DNA of 64,000 nt from a virus: the IMG/VR virus record IMGVR_UViG_3300022555_000046; one strand, 5' to 3'. Positions 1 to 9,136 of this stretch are shown piece by piece (position 1 is the stretch's first letter; each line of letters opens with the position of its first letter). The notes below the pieces were generated by a model. The model did no database searches, was not told where the DNA came from, and saw only the letters and a program-made list of their open reading frames with translations. A program made the translations under genes and the position numbers.

Positions 1-1243
1 CGGGACGGAAAAGGAAAAGCACCAGATCGGCATCCTGCTCAATTGATCCAGACTCACGGAGGTCGCTTAGTAATGGGCGTTTATCGCTACGCTCCTCGGA
101 CTTTCGTGACAATTGAGACAAGGCAATGATGGGAACCTTCAATTCCTTGGCCGTTCTTTTGAGAGCAGCGGATATCTCAGATATCTCCCGTTCCCGGTTT
201 GCCTTATTGTGTTCAGAGCCACGCATCAACTGAAGGTAGTCGATAACTATCAATTGGACCCCGTGATGAGCCACCATTCTCCTTGCCTTGGCCTGAAAGT
301 CAAAGATAGATAAGGCGGCTGTGTCATCAAGGTAAAGAGTGACATCCAGAATGTCACTGATCTTCTGTGATATCCTTGTAACCTCATAGTCCTCGAGGTC
401 GAAGTTACGCAGTTTTGATGAAGATATGTGAGACTCCCCAGATACAACTCTTTGAATTAGCTGGTCCTCGCTCATTTCCAGCGAAAAAACGCCAACAGGT
501 ATCTTGAATTCGACAGCGGCATTTCTGGCTACGGTTAATGCAAAGGAGGTCTTCCCCATGCCGGGGCGGGAGGCAATGATAATCAGGTCTGTTTTTTGCC
601 ATCCCCCGGTGGTACGGTCCAACTCACGGAATCCGGTAGGGACACCACTCAACTTTCCTTTGTTCTTTAGTCCAGCGGAAATAGACCTGTAATATTCCAT
701 CAAAGGATCGTTAATCTGGCGATAGGACTTCTTGGCGGTTCCGACACGAAGATCAAGAACCGCTCTTTCAGTGTTATCAAGAAGATCAAAGATGTCGGTC
801 GTGTCTTCGTAGGAGTCTTTAATCATCTGTGATCCAATCCTGATCAACTCCCGGGCGTAGAACTTTTGAAGGACGATCCTTGCATGATGCTCGATATTAG
901 CGGTAGACGAAATCCTGTTGGTAAGCATAAGGATGTAATAGGCACCCCCGGCAACTTCCAAGTCTCCCGACTTTCTAAGTTCCTCTGTAACAGTAAGTAT
1001 ATCAGCGGATTCATTTCTTGCGAACAGCCGCTTTATGGCTCCATAAATAAGCTGATGAGACTCCTTGTAGAACGCCTCTGGGCACAGCATGTCAATAATC
1101 TCCAGCAATTTAGCTGGCTCCAACATCATTGATCCAAGCACAACCCCTTCAAGGTCAAGTGCTTGTGGGGGTATCTTCCCATGTTCAAAGACAACATCGT
1201 TCAGTACCGACATGTGGGGATTTCTCTTATTTCGCTGCTCCAT
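1..1243 (-). CDS. dnaB: Replicative DNA helicase DnaB (3' end truncated by window edge)
   Basis: Not in ORF track (runs off the window). Manual translation from ATG 1243: MEQRNKRNPHM..HGKIPPQALDLEGVVLGSMMLE, Walker A ASRPGMGKT (~545-575), DYLQLM, LSQLSR, SDLRESGSIEQDAD; motifs checked are all in frame with the ATG. Confidence 0.97.
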   Translation of the reverse strand, partial: MEQRNKRNPHMSVLNDVVFEHGKIPPQALDLEGVVLGSMMLEPAKLLEIIDMLCPEAFYKESHQLIYGAIKRLFARNESADILTVTEELRKSGDLEVAGGAYYILMLTNRISSTANIEHHARIVLQKFYARELIRIGSQMIKDSYEDTTDIFDLLDNTERAVLDLRVGTAKKSYRQINDPLMEYYRSISAGLKNKGKLSGVPTGFRELDRTTGGWQKTDLIIIASRPGMGKTSFALTVARNAAVEFKIPVGVFSLEMSEDQLIQRVVSGESHISSSKLRNFDLEDYEVTRISQKISDILDVTLYLDDTAALSIFDFQAKARRMVAHHGVQLIVIDYLQLMRGSEHNKANREREISEISAALKRTAKELKVPIIALSQLSRKSEERSDKRPLLSDLRESGSIEQDADLVLFLFRP

Positions 1244-1919
1244 CTTTGGCTCCTTTCATGTTTCTGATTCTGGCAAGTGTTTTGGCGTTCACGTCTTCCG
1301 GTAACTTAGCTTGGCCAGCCTCTTGGTTCTCGGGTTTAAACCAGACAGCGATCATTTTCCCTTTCCAGTTCAATACAGGATGATCCCGAGAGTCCTTCCA
1401 CTCCTGCTGGTTATAGTATCGGAAGGCTCTCCGTGCGGTTACCGCAGAATATCCACTTAAGGTAAAGTAGGAAACAACCTCGTCTTCTGTCGGGGGAACG
1501 AAAGTCTTTTTAGTTTTCGGCTCCTTCACCCCTTCTTCTCCCGGCAGGTCATCAATAACCACCCGGGATGAGGATAAGTTGTTTTTGCGTGACTGGGTAA
1601 ATTTCTTCCGTCTGAGCATTTCATACTCCCAACGTTCGTTGAAAAAAAGGCCGTTGACATCGGTCTTAAACTTCCTGCTTAGTCGGCACTCCCACATCTT
1701 GTCGAAGTCTGGTCCGAGGACCTGACGGATATCGTCCAGAGATAGGTGCCCGTTATTAAACTGAGTCACAAGAAGATCGAGATATGCGCCCTTCTGTTCC
1801 CGGGTAAATAACAGGGTTCCTTGGGTCCAGTCTCCCGGGTAAAAAAGTAGCGCAGGGTCTTTGCTTTGGTAGGTATTGTCACTCACCGGGATGTCCTCCA
1901 AGTTGAAGTGGATGCTCAA
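1227..1919 (-). CDS. Phage replication initiator, DUF1376/YdaU-like (true start possibly GTG 1886)
   Basis: N-terminal DPALLFYPGDW..GAYLDLL..Q pattern; C-terminal PPTEDEV..F..YY..W..WK helical domain; directly upstream of dnaB. Confidence 0.75.
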   Translation of the reverse strand: MSIHFNLEDIPVSDNTYQSKDPALLFYPGDWTQGTLLFTREQKGAYLDLLVTQFNNGHLSLDDIRQVLGPDFDKMWECRLSRKFKTDVNGLFFNERWEYEMLRRKKFTQSRKNNLSSSRVVIDDLPGEEGVKEPKTKKTFVPPTEDEVVSYFTLSGYSAVTARRAFRYYNQQEWKDSRDHPVLNWKGKMIAVWFKPENQEAGQAKLPEDVNAKTLARIRNMKGAKDGAAK

Positions 1920-2592
1920 CCTTGATAAACGAGGACTTGATCAAAGCAAGATTATCGTCATTTTCGTTGGCTGTCAAGGACACAACCGGAAATCTTGACT
2001 TGGCTCCCGGTTTCTGACTCTTCGCAAAAGTGACCGAAAGATCAAAGATGACTCCGGTGATGGTCCCACGGTTTGCCTGTACGGTGTCAAAGGCTCCCCG
2101 TATTGAAGGGATAGAAGATAAAGCACCTTTTGTATTGAATTCCCAGAATCCTGCAACTGAGCGAATCTTTGGCAGGATAAACCGCAAGGTAAGGAGTATC
2201 TCCCACCCCTTTTTACTCCTGCTTTCTTTGTACGTCCGTGCCATAAGGTCTGGGACCTTATCAAGGGTGTATGTACTGTATTCTTTTCCTGTCCATACCT
2301 CAAAGGTCTCCCCGTCTCCTTTGGCAAACAACTTACCATCATTGTCACGGAGTTCATAACGCTCCCGGCAAGAGGTGTCAAGGTCTTCGTCAAAGAAAAC
2401 AATCTGAACCGTAGATGGCTTATCTCCGTACTCTTTCTGGAAGTATGAGGCGTATTTGCTGTCAGGGATGAAGTAATCAACACTCTCGGGGTATCCAGTG
2501 CTGGCGTTCTTTCTTCCTGTTTTCAGGAACCCGAGCCGGGGAAGAACGATCCTCCCCGGGTTTTCTGGTCTTATGATCCTACCTTTTGTCAT
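1879..2592 (-). CDS. Gp3-like (recombination directionality factor-like) protein, probable annealing partner of adjacent nuclease
   Basis: LPRLGFLKTG..YPESVDYF pattern; adjacent to PD-(D/E)XK nuclease. Confidence 0.6.
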   Translation of the reverse strand: MTKGRIIRPENPGRIVLPRLGFLKTGRKNASTGYPESVDYFIPDSKYASYFQKEYGDKPSTVQIVFFDEDLDTSCRERYELRDNDGKLFAKGDGETFEVWTGKEYSTYTLDKVPDLMARTYKESRSKKGWEILLTLRFILPKIRSVAGFWEFNTKGALSSIPSIRGAFDTVQANRGTITGVIFDLSVTFAKSQKPGAKSRFPVVSLTANENDDNLALIKSSFIKVEHPLQLGGHPGE

Positions 2593-3608
2593 ATTTCAAT
2601 CCCCTCCGCAGTTATTTTTGGTGTACTCCCTTTCTTTTCTGCCTTACGGACAGCGTCAAAAAGGGTGACTTCGGTGATGTTCCCGCCAATTCCCTTGTCT
2701 ATATCCAATATACCGGAGATGACGGTAAAAGTGCGCTCCCTTCCCTCGTCTTCGATCATTGCGATCTTTACGAGATGGGGAAGTTTGCGCTGTGAACGTG
2801 CATTTGTCTGGTCCTTCAACTTGAAGGTAGGCGTCTTCCCACGCCAGTCCTGTGGTGCCCAGTTAAACAGGCGGTCGATCTTAAGATCAGGATACTGAGC
2901 CTCCCACAAATTTTGGTAGGCTTTCAACTGGATTTCGTGAGCCTCGAAGAATCCCTTTTTACCGGACTTGAAGTCGATGATGGCACGGAAGGTAAATGTC
3001 TTTTTGGACTCCTTCGGATCGCCTTTCTTTGCATTCTTCCCATCTGCCTTGTAGACCTCTCCCCAGTATCCAGTCTGAGCCACGTCAATCATGCAGCAAA
3101 GATCAAGGGCACCAGCGTACCCATCGGTCGGGTGAGCCAGCATGATCTCAATGGCGATAGGACGCACGTTGTATTCAAGCATAAACTGAGCAAATGCCAT
3201 GATGTCCTTCATCAGAGAGTCACACCATGTCAAGGCCAGATCAATGCTTATCCGCTCTTTCTTGGCATAGTCCGAAACAACGTCAGGAAGTTTGTCGAAG
3301 TCAAATTTGCGATCAATCAACAGCATCTGAATGCAGATATGCATCAGGGTGCCGTAGTTTGCACGCTCCATCTTCTCTTCTTCTGCCTCGTCAACTCCCT
3401 TGGAGGCGATCCATTTGATAAGGGCGAACGGGGTGGGGAGAGTGTCACGGATCAAGGTGGTTACGCTGACATAGAACGAGGGGTTTCCCTCCTTGTCAAA
3501 CGTGTAATAGAGCCTTGCTCCTCCGATCTGGAGGCGATAAATAGGTTGCGGCTGTGCCACAATTGCGTCACTGTTAAAGTACAGCGGGACTAACTGTTCG
3601 TTTACCAT
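2589..3608 (-). CDS. PD-(D/E)XK exonuclease (phage recombination nuclease)
   Basis: YGTLMH, E..L..YAGALD, IIDFKSG..HEIQLKAY motifs. Confidence 0.8.
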   Translation of the reverse strand: MVNEQLVPLYFNSDAIVAQPQPIYRLQIGGARLYYTFDKEGNPSFYVSVTTLIRDTLPTPFALIKWIASKGVDEAEEEKMERANYGTLMHICIQMLLIDRKFDFDKLPDVVSDYAKKERISIDLALTWCDSLMKDIMAFAQFMLEYNVRPIAIEIMLAHPTDGYAGALDLCCMIDVAQTGYWGEVYKADGKNAKKGDPKESKKTFTFRAIIDFKSGKKGFFEAHEIQLKAYQNLWEAQYPDLKIDRLFNWAPQDWRGKTPTFKLKDQTNARSQRKLPHLVKIAMIEDEGRERTFTVISGILDIDKGIGGNITEVTLFDAVRKAEKKGSTPKITAEGIEI

Positions 3609-3619
3609 TGTTAATTAAG

Positions 3620-4165
3620 TTAATCATTGTCATATACTACTACTGGCATTATCAATCCGACAGTTCTGCCATATTTGTCGGTGAGCGTAATCGACTTTTG
3701 AGGTCCATTAAAATGAAGTCTCATATTGTCATCTTTCAGAATCTTGTAAATCTTATTAATCAACTTAACGCTCATCCCGATCTCGGTAATTGGAACACGC
3801 TCATTATTAGCATCAAAAAGATCGTCAAGATTGTCAATGATTGTTTTCCCGGCAGCGTTTCTTTTAAGAATATCGTTCGATTTCTGAAAAGGGACAACGC
3901 ACTTGTAGTCAAACAAATATACTCCCTCTGGGGTTACAATCATGTCTTCGTTGCAACAAAGCCTAAACTGGCTGGCAGTAAGCATGGTCCCATCTTGGGG
4001 CAGGTCTGATCCAAAGAATAGTTCCGACAGCGGGGTTCTGATCGCAATATACGAGTCAGTTGCATAGGCGTATCCATTCTGGAAATACACATTCCCCATC
4101 CACTCCCGAACGTCATTAACTGAACAGGCAAGATGTAGCTGGTTTATTATCCTGTGTCCTGCCAT
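3620..4165 (-). CDS. Short DNA polymerase III beta-clamp-like protein
   Basis: GYAYATDSY and terminal GLIMPV resemble DnaN domain motifs; 181 aa only. Confidence 0.55.
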   Translation of the reverse strand: MAGHRIINQLHLACSVNDVREWMGNVYFQNGYAYATDSYIAIRTPLSELFFGSDLPQDGTMLTASQFRLCCNEDMIVTPEGVYLFDYKCVVPFQKSNDILKRNAAGKTIIDNLDDLFDANNERVPITEIGMSVKLINKIYKILKDDNMRLHFNGPQKSITLTDKYGRTVGLIMPVVVYDND

Positions 4166-4167
4166 AG

Positions 4168-4446
4168 CTACCCCCTGCTTGATGCAATAGAACTCTTCCT
4201 GAATTCAAGGTCCTCTTTTCTGGCCGCAATCTCAGAGCGGATGATCCTTATCATGTCAGCCCTTTCGACCCCTGTTCTGAGGTCTGACTCCTTGGGGATA
4301 CTGTTAATCCCCTCGATAATCAGTTCTCCCTTACGGATACCCTCATCGGCTATCTGTTTCTTCACCTTCTTACGGAAGGCACTTTCCCGGGACTTCTTTT
4401 CCTGCTGCTCGGGCGTTAATTCGACTTTTACTTTCTCTTTTTTCAT
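4168..4446 (-). CDS. Hypothetical basic protein
   Basis: ORF with ATG 4446 preceded by GAAGGAG; in operon orientation. Confidence 0.6.
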   Translation of the reverse strand: MKKEKVKVELTPEQQEKKSRESAFRKKVKKQIADEGIRKGELIIEGINSIPKESDLRTGVERADMIRIIRSEIAARKEDLEFRKSSIASSRG

Positions 4447-4645
4447 CTGGTTTTCTCCTTCAAATTTGGTGTATAAAATAAACGAACCCAGAGGGTCATC
4501 GTATAGTGAATTAAGCGTTCGCCAGTGTAGGCGATAAGATTTAGCAGTATTTTCATTGCCCTGTTTTGATCTTATAGATAAAATAAACAATGCTTATTAA
4601 AAATACCACTTCAAGGACGAACAAAAGTGAATACATCGCCCTTCT

Positions 4646-4683
4646 AAAAAGGTAGAGGTGCCACGAACGGTGATACCTCCACC
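4646..4683 (-). terminator. Intrinsic terminator
   Basis: Minus strand GGTGGAGGTATCAC-CGTTC-GTGGCACCTCTACC followed by T5, just after the TOPRIM gene. Confidence 0.7.
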
Positions 4684-4707
4684 ACATTATTTGCCACCAT
4701 AGCTTTC

Positions 4708-5805
4708 TCATTTCTTTCTTGTTTCAATAAATGAAAGCAATGTTTTCTTGCCAGCAGCCTCCTCGTCAATCATGTCCTCGAAGGCCCCCATGTCAATGTT
4801 GTCCTTAATGTTTTTCTCCACAAGAGAGGTGAGGGTACTCGGGGATAGGGCGTCCACTTCCCAACAGGTTTTCCCGAACTTAGCGATATACTTATCTGCC
4901 CGGGTGTCGGTCAGTTTGGTTGGGTTGGGGGGAAGATTAAACTGCTTAATCTGGGACATTGTAAGGCCGATTGGAATGATCTGGAAAAGTTCCTTGGCGG
5001 CAAGGCTGGCCATGTGCAGTTCTTCATCTTCATATCCATCCCCCGTGTACCCACGCTCGATATCCTGATGCTTGAAGTTGATATCCCTCAGTTTTTCCTC
5101 GTCCCACTCACTGGCCTTTTCAGCCAATTCACGCCTGAAGTTTCCACTGGTAAGCATGAGTTCAATACGCTCACGGATATCCCTTACCATATCCAGCCCA
5201 CTGGGATCATGGTCCCCGAAATACAGGATGGAAAAGGTTTTACCTTCCCTGATTGCATTGAGAACACGCTGATATGCATTGTAGGCGGCAGATGAAGATG
5301 TGTATCCTTTATTCACAACCAGCCTTACATGATACTTCTGGGTGGTCTTTTTGAGGATACCAGACAAAGCGTCTTTCTCGGTCCAGAGTTCAACAACATT
5401 GGTTTGTGTCTTCTGACGATCCAACCTGTATTGATTTGCTATAATTTTCAGGGCATCATCCACTCCATCCGCATAAAACGGGATATACGGCACACGCCCA
5501 CGGTCTTCGATTGCCTCCCAGTCAATGATCCCGGCATATCGGCAGTCATCCAAGATAGTCCCCAGTTTCTTGTATGCCGTGTCGTGATTGACATACGCAT
5601 CGGGGAAACGGGTGACCATCTGATAATGCAACTGGCGAAGTGTCAGCACATATCCCTGCTGGCGGTAGTCACGAACAATCTTCGTGATCTGGTCAACAAC
5701 ATCCTCCTTGAGGGTGTTCCAGAAACGGGTAGTCCCGTCATCGTACTTACAGGCAACATTAACCTTGCCTGTAAGTTTACGGTTTTCAAACTTTTCGCTT
5801 GCCAT
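4708..5805 (-). CDS. Topoisomerase VI-A/Spo11-like (Mini-A-like) TOPRIM protein
   Basis: TLRQLHYQ (candidate catalytic Tyr), ELWTEKDA (TOPRIM Glu), FGDHDPSG (DxD), WEVDAL. Confidence 0.75.
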   Translation of the reverse strand: MASEKFENRKLTGKVNVACKYDDGTTRFWNTLKEDVVDQITKIVRDYRQQGYVLTLRQLHYQMVTRFPDAYVNHDTAYKKLGTILDDCRYAGIIDWEAIEDRGRVPYIPFYADGVDDALKIIANQYRLDRQKTQTNVVELWTEKDALSGILKKTTQKYHVRLVVNKGYTSSSAAYNAYQRVLNAIREGKTFSILYFGDHDPSGLDMVRDIRERIELMLTSGNFRRELAEKASEWDEEKLRDINFKHQDIERGYTGDGYEDEELHMASLAAKELFQIIPIGLTMSQIKQFNLPPNPTKLTDTRADKYIAKFGKTCWEVDALSPSTLTSLVEKNIKDNIDMGAFEDMIDEEAAGKKTLLSFIETRKK

Positions 5806-5806
5806 G

Positions 5807-6700
5807 TCAGATCAATTTTATGGTGAAAATCTTGGTGTTCAACGGGCAGTCGGTCGGGCGTTTATCGTCCTTCCGCTCCTTAGTTACATCGTCCCCGGTA
5901 ATACCGCAGATATCCATCGGCTTTACCTTCGAGGCATTAGAAATAAACGCAGTTGTATTAAGGCAAAGTCCACAGTCTGAGCAACATGTGACGTTCATCT
6001 TAACCTTTGATTTAGATTGTTCTGACCGGACTTCCTGCTCGATGTCATCGAGTTTGATTTTCAGTTTGTCCTTCTTGGTTTTCTTCCCGTCCTTCACGGC
6101 CTTGTTGATAACCTCAGAAACCTTGTCGGCCTTCACTGCCTTCTTGATCTTGATGGCCTTGGACGCAGATACATTGCCCTCCTTGATATGCTCCTGAACG
6201 TCCTGCGGGAGGTCCAGAATGTCAAGTGTCTGACTGACATGACTCAGGGTTTTGCCTACCTTCTTGGCGATCTCGGTGGCCGAGAATCCAAAGTTGATCA
6301 GGCGGGTGTAGGTTACGGCCAGTTCGTATGGTGTGAACGGCTTTCCGTCATTCTCGATAACCATCAACAACAGGCGGTCAATCTCAGATGGCTTATCCAT
6401 CTTCATTACCGGGACACGGGCAATTTCAACGCCCTCTTCCAGCAACTGGTTAACAGCGGTGATCCTGCGATGGCCAGCAATAACAAAATACTGTTCTCCT
6501 TTTTTGTAACAGAGCAGAGGAACCTTCACCCCGTTCTCCCTGATGGAGTCGATAATGTCTTCGATATTATAATCTATGCGGGTATTTGCCCCTTCCTCAA
6601 TTACGATTTGTCGGGGATCGACCATGAACAGGTCTCTTTTTGTTGTCTTGAAGAGTTCCGTGCGGAATCTTTCGTCATTCAGGTTACTCATTGCTTTCAT
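5807..6700 (-). CDS. parB: ParB/Sulfiredoxin-domain protein with HTH and C-terminal Cys-rich extension
   Basis: SIRENGVKVPL..IAGHRRITA..IEND ParB motifs; FSATEIAKKVGKT HTH; probable start ATG 6700. Confidence 0.85.
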   Translation of the reverse strand: MKAMSNLNDERFRTELFKTTKRDLFMVDPRQIVIEEGANTRIDYNIEDIIDSIRENGVKVPLLCYKKGEQYFVIAGHRRITAVNQLLEEGVEIARVPVMKMDKPSEIDRLLLMVIENDGKPFTPYELAVTYTRLINFGFSATEIAKKVGKTLSHVSQTLDILDLPQDVQEHIKEGNVSASKAIKIKKAVKADKVSEVINKAVKDGKKTKKDKLKIKLDDIEQEVRSEQSKSKVKMNVTCCSDCGLCLNTTAFISNASKVKPMDICGITGDDVTKERKDDKRPTDCPLNTKIFTIKLI

Positions 6701-6722
6701 TTTTCTTGGGTTAATAGCTGGA

Positions 6723-6926
6723 TTAAATTTCTTCATTGCATTTAGGACACTTGTCAACAGGCTCAACATCTTGATCGCTATCCGGTTTATACGTATGATA
6801 GGCGTCCATCCTTCTTCCCTGCCATCCACATGAACGACATTTTATGGGAGAAGGATCGGTGTGTCTGCCAAACACAATACGATCCCCGTGCTTTATCTCG
6901 ATTATTTTGAGCAGTGGATTACTCAT
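6723..6926 (-). CDS. Small zinc-ribbon protein
   Basis: CRSCGW..CPKC. Confidence 0.65.
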   Translation of the reverse strand: MSNPLLKIIEIKHGDRIVFGRHTDPSPIKCRSCGWQGRRMDAYHTYKPDSDQDVEPVDKCPKCNEEI

Positions 6927-7156
6927 ACTTCGATCAATTTTAATTCGGTGGATAATTCTTGTTCCTTTGCGATATCCTTAAGATCGTCCAATTGTGGGCG
7001 AAACCCAAGGCGAAAGGCCGGGAATGGAAATCTTCTCAGGGAAGACACCGGGACCAGTAATGGCTCAAACCGATGATTCCTGCGATTGAATATCCAAGGC
7101 TCCGTTCCTTTCTGGGTGGTGATGTAAATTGTCATTGGATCATATTGAGGCGTCAA
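6923..7156 (-). CDS. Hypothetical protein
   Basis: ORF overlapping neighbour by 4 nt. Confidence 0.55.
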   Translation of the reverse strand: MTPQYDPMTIYITTQKGTEPWIFNRRNHRFEPLLVPVSSLRRFPFPAFRLGFRPQLDDLKDIAKEQELSTELKLIEV

Positions 7157-7258
7157 AATTAATGGTTAATACTTTATTTGGCTCTGGAATACCATTGAGA
7201 TATTCCCGGGAAATGATTGAGATTGACACGAAACTGCTTTAATATTTATCCGTTCTAA

Positions 7259-7429
7259 TCAGAATCCTGCCGGGAGGTAAAAAAGTTCGTCCTTGAAGAT
7301 AAAGCAATCGTGCCTGAACTTTCTTACGATCTTTCTTCCCCCTGATGGGGCGATGCGAACCTTATCTGGCGGCACCCTCTCAATAGTGACCTCGGTCCCT
7401 TTGTTTCCTTTTACGATAAATGATGTCAT
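7259..7429 (-). CDS. Hypothetical protein
   Basis: ATG 7429 preceded by AAGGAGAG. Confidence 0.5.
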   Translation of the reverse strand: MTSFIVKGNKGTEVTIERVPPDKVRIAPSGGRKIVRKFRHDCFIFKDELFYLPAGF

Positions 7430-7440
7430 TGTCTCTCCTT

Positions 7441-7578
7441 TCAGTTTAAGCAACAAACAAATGGCGTGTACTGTACTCTTCTTCCGTTTACACTAAGATA
7501 AAACAGATATACCGTGGAAGGTATGGTGGGATGGGGTACGGCCATCCCAAGGTACTTATAATAAAGCGGCTTAATCAT
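7441..7578 (-). CDS. Small hypothetical protein
   Basis: ATG overlaps the stop of the upstream gene. Confidence 0.4.
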   Translation of the reverse strand: MIKPLYYKYLGMAVPHPTIPSTVYLFYLSVNGRRVQYTPFVCCLN

Positions 7579-8230
7579 CTTCCCCCTCCTCAAACATTTT
7601 ATGGAGGTCTGCCGCCTTGTCTGGGACAACCCTGACCAGATTAAAACCACGATCCACGAGGCGTTCCAACTCCTCTTCGCTTTCCTTCCCGGTAACCACA
7701 TACTCGATGCGACTGGGCTTGAAGGCCGAGAATATGCCGGGGGTATTCTCTTTCCCCGGGTGCATGATCGCCTTGGGATGAGCCAGCAACACCCACGTTT
7801 CGCCTACCTTGAATTCCCGGGGTATTTGTGCGATCCGCTTGGATATCCCCATTGTAACAGACTCCAAGGAGAACGCCTTGGCCGTAGGGTAAAACTTTTC
7901 ACCTACCCACATGAGGCCGTACCGTTCGATGTTGATATTATAGAACGGACACCCGAGACAAAGAAGTTCAGAGAATGCATGTTCCTGCATCGCCAGTTTT
8001 GCCGCCCATCCTTCAGTCTTTGAGCAATCCTTCCCGTCCAGCAACTGCCGCCCGATCCACTCAAACCCACGACTTTGTTTGATCCCTGCATTGCAGCAAG
8101 GGCACACAGTAAGTGGGATTGGAAGTTTGTCACAGGCGAAACCTGCGGCATCACAAATGAGGTATATACCCCCGGGCTTGCGGTAGCCACAGCCACGCTT
8201 ACCCTCGACTTTTGTTTCTATTGTTATCAT
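7571..8230 (-). CDS. Cys-rich hypothetical phage protein
   Basis: RGCGYRK..C..CPCC..CLGCP pattern; 219 aa. Confidence 0.7.
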   Translation of the reverse strand: MITIETKVEGKRGCGYRKPGGIYLICDAAGFACDKLPIPLTVCPCCNAGIKQSRGFEWIGRQLLDGKDCSKTEGWAAKLAMQEHAFSELLCLGCPFYNINIERYGLMWVGEKFYPTAKAFSLESVTMGISKRIAQIPREFKVGETWVLLAHPKAIMHPGKENTPGIFSAFKPSRIEYVVTGKESEEELERLVDRGFNLVRVVPDKAADLHKMFEEGEDD

Positions 8231-8505
8231 TTTTCCTCCTGTTCTTTAATGATTGTGTTTAAATTACTTAGTTCGTCCAGCAGCGACTCGATCTTGGCAT
8301 TCAGCTTACGGATGTCATCATTAAGGTCATCAATCTCTTCCTGCTTTTCTTTCATGCAGTCAGGACATGCATTTACCTTTAGCTGCGGGGACTGGTGACC
8401 CTTCACCGTTGTTTCGTTACACAGTCCACACCCACAGGTATTGCAATACACCTCAAAGTCAACCTCGATCTTGATTTCCTGCTCGGTTATTATTGTCGGC
8501 ATCAT
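8227..8505 (-). CDS. Zn-finger plus coiled-coil hypothetical protein
   Basis: CNTCGCGLC..CPDC then heptad-rich tail. Confidence 0.65.
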   Translation of the reverse strand: MMPTIITEQEIKIEVDFEVYCNTCGCGLCNETTVKGHQSPQLKVNACPDCMKEKQEEIDDLNDDIRKLNAKIESLLDELSNLNTIIKEQEEK

Positions 8506-8513
8506 TCCTCCTT

Positions 8514-9011
8514 TCAGCAATAATGGTGATTAATATGATTAGTGTCCGACTCTCCTACATAGAAATCCTGACGTACCACAAAATCCTTCTGGTGGTCATA
8601 CAGGTCCCAGTTGTGATTCGTTATTTCATCGTATTCCTTCTGGTCGATCTCGGTCCCGCTTGAAAGGACTGAATAGTACCAGCCGCCTTCTTCGGGTCCT
8701 CCATAACGGTAATCAAACTGATACCGTACCAGTTTATAAGGGTAAAACCCCATCCCCAGTGCATTGACAAGCGCAATAAACTTAATCAGATTAACAGGCT
8801 TGATACTGCTGCTGGACTGAATGTTTGAATTGATTTCCACTGAGTCCGACAACACTCTTCCCCCTACCTTCTTAGCACGGTTAATGAGTTCCAGAACTGC
8901 ATCTGGATGGAGTGTGCTGTAACATCCCCTTTCAGTGCGGATAACAAGCACGGTGTTTATTGTTTCATTTCCATCCCCGTCATCGGGGCTGGTGATCATA
9001 ATTATTTCCAC
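8514..9011 (-). CDS. Hypothetical protein
   Basis: 165-aa ORF in operon orientation. Confidence 0.6.
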   Translation of the reverse strand: MEIIMITSPDDGDGNETINTVLVIRTERGCYSTLHPDAVLELINRAKKVGGRVLSDSVEINSNIQSSSSIKPVNLIKFIALVNALGMGFYPYKLVRYQFDYRYGGPEEGGWYYSVLSSGTEIDQKEYDEITNHNWDLYDHQKDFVVRQDFYVGESDTNHINHHYC

Positions 9012-9136
9012 GGTGTCTCCTTTCTTGAATTATTTCAATAGACTATTATTTCCTGACATGTCCTGACATATCCCCCGGGAGTGGGGTGACAGGCTCAATC
9101 TGAACCTTCCCTCCCCATATCGCAGGAGAATGCGTT

